From: Takakia lepidozioides
Taxonomy: Eukaryota; Plantae; Bryophyta
NCBI GenBank assembly: GCA_030704615.1
Contig: CM060731.1
Span: 84,940,001-85,004,000, forward strand
DNA length: 64,000 nt
Direction: 5' to 3'
This document shows, piece by piece, positions 60,701 to 64,000 of this stretch. The position numbers and the translations under genes were made by a program. How positions within the stretch are numbered: position 1 is the first letter of the stretch; every line of letters starts with the position of its first letter. The notes beneath the pieces were generated by a model. The model did no database searches. It was not told the DNA's origin and saw only the letters and a list, made by a program, of their open reading frames with translations.

Positions 60701-63700
60701 CCTAATTAGAATTGATAATGTCCCTGAATGGCGTTGACGACATTTACATCCAGAGTTGTTAAGAGGTCCTCAAAGTTATGTAAGTTTTTGTAATGTCCAT
60801 AGAGTTTACAGTGAGGGTTCCTCACTCCAGTTTGTTGAATGTCAATGCAGACATTCAGTTGTTCTGCAATGCTTTTGCCTCTTGCGAGAAATCTTGAGGC
60901 TTGATTAGCTGTGTTATCAGAGATCCAAAGTGAATGTCGTTGACGACATTCACTTCTATGTCTGTGTCATTCACCAGCGACAATTTGAATTTACATGGAT
61001 TAGGAGCTTAGGGTGTATTTATTGGTTCCTTGTTCGGAATTTTGTGAATGGCGTTGACGCCATTCACATCCAGTGTTATTATGAGGTCCTCAGTGTTATG
61101 TTCGTTTTGAATGTTCATTGAGTTTTTAGGGAGGGTTCCTTACTCGAGTTTCTGAATGTCGTTGCCGACATTCAGTTTCCATCCAATGATTTTGCCTCTT
61201 TTGAGAAATCATTAGGCTTGATTAGCAGTGTATTCACAAATCCAAAGTGAATGTCGTTGATTCACTTCTATGTCTGTGTCATTCCAAAGCGAGAGTTTGC
61301 ATTCACGTGGATTAGGGTGTATTTGCAGTATCATTGAATGGAATTTTTTGAGTGGCGTTGACGACATTCACATCCGGAGCTGTCGCGTGGTCCTGAAACG
61401 TCCTTGGAGAAATTCTCAGAGCCATTTCATTTCATGTTTTTTTCATTCTGTGCTATTTGCATCTTACTCACTTCGCGCTTTGGTGTGTTGGGATTTATCT
61501 CCTGTTTAACAGGTACATGAAATATGTGCTTATGGAAAGAAATCACCTGAGCGGTATTCCAGACTATCTTGACATGTGGTCGGACCCTGCAAACGATCCA
61601 ACCATGTATACTGCAGGGATATTGAAGGACTGGAGTCCTTCTCACTTCAGAGACTGTGGCTGGTACTTTGACTGCCCACCGGAGCACACGACCTTTCAAG
61701 AACAACACATGAAATATTTGAACAATAATGCTGAGATGCTGGCGCCTCTGACTGACGAGCAGTACCAAAGAAACATAGCAACATTGGCTGCTAAGGAGTC
61801 TGATGCTCAGGGAACGCCGCAGAAGGGAAAGAAGGCGGGCCACAAACCAAAAGACAAGGCTCTTGATGTCATAGCCATCTCACCAGCAAAACCAAAGGAC
61901 AAAGACAAGTCCAAAGAGAAGGAAAATGACAAGGGGAAGGAGAAAGAAAAGGAGATGGAGAGTGGGCAGGACTTCACTGCTGGAAGATATACCCGCACAG
62001 TTCAGTGCGTGTTCGATGCCAAGCCACACCCTAGGAGAGATTAAAATTGTCAATGAGGGTTGGCTGGCGATGATGCAGAGTCGAAAGAGAGGATACACTG
62101 GGGTGCCTTCGCCTACCTGGGACAACATAATCTCATTCCTCAATCTGGTGAGAATTCCAGTTTCTTTCCTTTTTCTCTGAAAGTTTCATTGGCAGTATTT
62201 CAGTCTGGTTCTTTGAAAACATTCTTGCCATCATTCTTAAAATAAACATGTCTGTTGCAGGTGAGCGCTGGTCCCACCTTTGTGTGCGGTGTGCAGAAAA
62301 CATATGCGGCTGACATTGTCATTCTCGACATCCCGGATGGCCAGACTGTGCCAAAAGTTCTTCCAAAGGGCAAGACGCCAGGTTGGAACAAATGCGAGGA
62401 CAACTACTAGAGTTGGGTGTTCGGGTTCTGTAATAATTTCCTCTCTGATGCAAGGACACTTCTGCTTTTTCAGTCATGTGACAAAGATAGTCGTCGGGCA
62501 TTGGCATCATACCTGAAGTCTTCAGGGTTTGAAATTTTGCGCACATGGAATTGTGTGAACAGCCTCTACCTTGTGAAAGGGGGTTTCCCTGGTCAGCTGG
62601 TATGTCGTCTCCCTTCTGCTTGTGCTTTCATGATGAGTTTCAATGTTCTCTGCAGCTCCACTCTAGAAGAATCTGTCATGATCGACATCGATCATCACCG
62701 ATTCGTGATAAAAATGATTGTTTTATGCCTGAGTTCTGAATAGCCGATGTACACACTTCCACTATAGATTGTGTTTACCACACTAACCTGCTATCTTTGG
62801 CAGACGAGGATGTTCGAGGCGATCTGCCTGCGGAGGATTTGCACCTCAAAGACACCATCCTCCGTCCGCAGCTTTGAGATTTCTGACCAGGGTTGTTTCG
62901 TCAACCCCCCCTATGAACCGCATGTCGATGACATTTTGTACAACTTCATGCAGTCCAGTCAGACTCTGAAGAGACCAGATGGCACTCCCTGGAGAGGTAC
63001 AAAGGAAAAATCCCCAACGTTCATGCAAATACTGCTGGAGTCATGCAACCACCACTTTGCACGGGTGGTCGATCTTTCTGTGTCCACAGGTTCGTTCTCT
63101 CCCTTCCGAATTGATTTTCTTTCACCAGTTCCATTTGCTTAAATCCCCCCACCAAATTGTTCATGTCCTCCTGTCTGGTGCAGGAGCAACTTACCATGCA
63201 TGCAAGGCAGGCGGAAGAAGCCTTTTTGGCATGAAGGGTGATTCTGACCTCTACAACACAGTGCTCCTCCCCCTTTTGTCTGGCTCCACTTCAGGCACAC
63301 AGACTGATCGGATTCAAATTCAAAATGATGGCGATCCCGAAGATAAGCAGGTTGACAACGACTTTTCATGTGAGTAAGTGTTAAACCCACTTTGGGAGTC
63401 ATACTCAATTTCTCAATAACATCAAAGTTACAGTAATAACTTTTTCAGGCTGTCTTTCAGGAAAGGCAGCGGTGGATCTTCAGGAGATACAGTCATTTGT
63501 GGCGAGTCTGTTTTCGACAGCCCCCTTTCCAATTTTCTGCTTCCTGATTATGCCGAAGCAATGGCACTTCACGCGGCCGAGTCCCTATCCCCTGAATTTT
63601 TACTGCCCGGCCGTAGGTGTAGCCAGCGTAGATCCGGAGTTCTTAAATACTTAGACTTAGATGCAGAGGAAGCGGGGATACATTGTACTGACTCTGAGTC

Positions 63701-63707
63701 AGACTGA
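57742..63707 (+). pseudogene. Element C ParB-MTase fusion gene, frameshifted
   Basis: Putative exon 1 at 57742-57897, exon 2 from 58769. GGRLDIPLCRMISMPVVRP, FYVWDGNYRLLAW, VILDIPDG, KSPTFMQILLESC, RVVDLSVSTG|ATYHAC. Last exon 63461-63707. Confidence 0.85.
60590..61390. repeat. Intronic ~325-bp repeat (~2.5 units) with GAATGTCGT-TG-ACGACATTC palindromes
   Basis: ATCCAAA(G/T)TGAATGTCGTTGA recurs at ~60596, ~60923 and ~61240. Confidence 0.85.
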
Positions 63708-64000
63708 ACTATGTTCTTTTAATATTCTGTTTCATCCTCTTTGGAAAACGTTGAATCCCCTTCCTCCACCGTAGTTGTTCCTTTGGAAAGAAAAATAATC
63801 AAAGAATCAATTACCATTTAAATTGCAATATGTATGAATCCATCTCACAAACCTCCCTTACTCTTGTCATATCCATTGTGCTTTCATCTACAGTGTATTC
63901 ATGCGTGCTCCATTCATGAATGTTTTCCTTTGTTCAGCATCCATTGTACATTCATCCTTTGTACTCTTTAATCCACCCCACAAACCTACCACACTCATGT

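Overview
Repeat-rich nuclear DNA from a land plant, probably seed-free (spliceosomal introns, PLS-type PPR relics, Ty3/gypsy fragments). The window is dominated by three diverged families (A, B, C) of an apparently uncharacterised large Mutator-like (MULE) DNA transposon. Each has two head-to-head genes. One is a GCM/WRKY-like Zn-domain + DDE + SWIM transposase. The other is a multi-exon gene (~1500 aa in A) fusing a ParB/Srx-like domain (WDGNHR) to a beta-class N4C/N6A DNA-methyltransferase-like domain whose catalytic motif reads DIPD. Each family carries its own arrays of palindromic repeats. Element A is complete at 1760-15702 with short TIRs. A second, near-identical but truncated copy lies inverted at 33113-46309. 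Target-site duplication and exon evidence indicate that A inserted into an intronic satellite of element B and that the segment between the two A copies is flipped (real inversion or misassembly), splitting B into 15703-21599 and 46310-52717. Element C (56447 to at least 63707) is cut by an LTR. The rest is PPR pseudogene fragments, Ulp1/SWIM MULE relics and gypsy debris. All calls come from reading motifs by eye; no database search was run.
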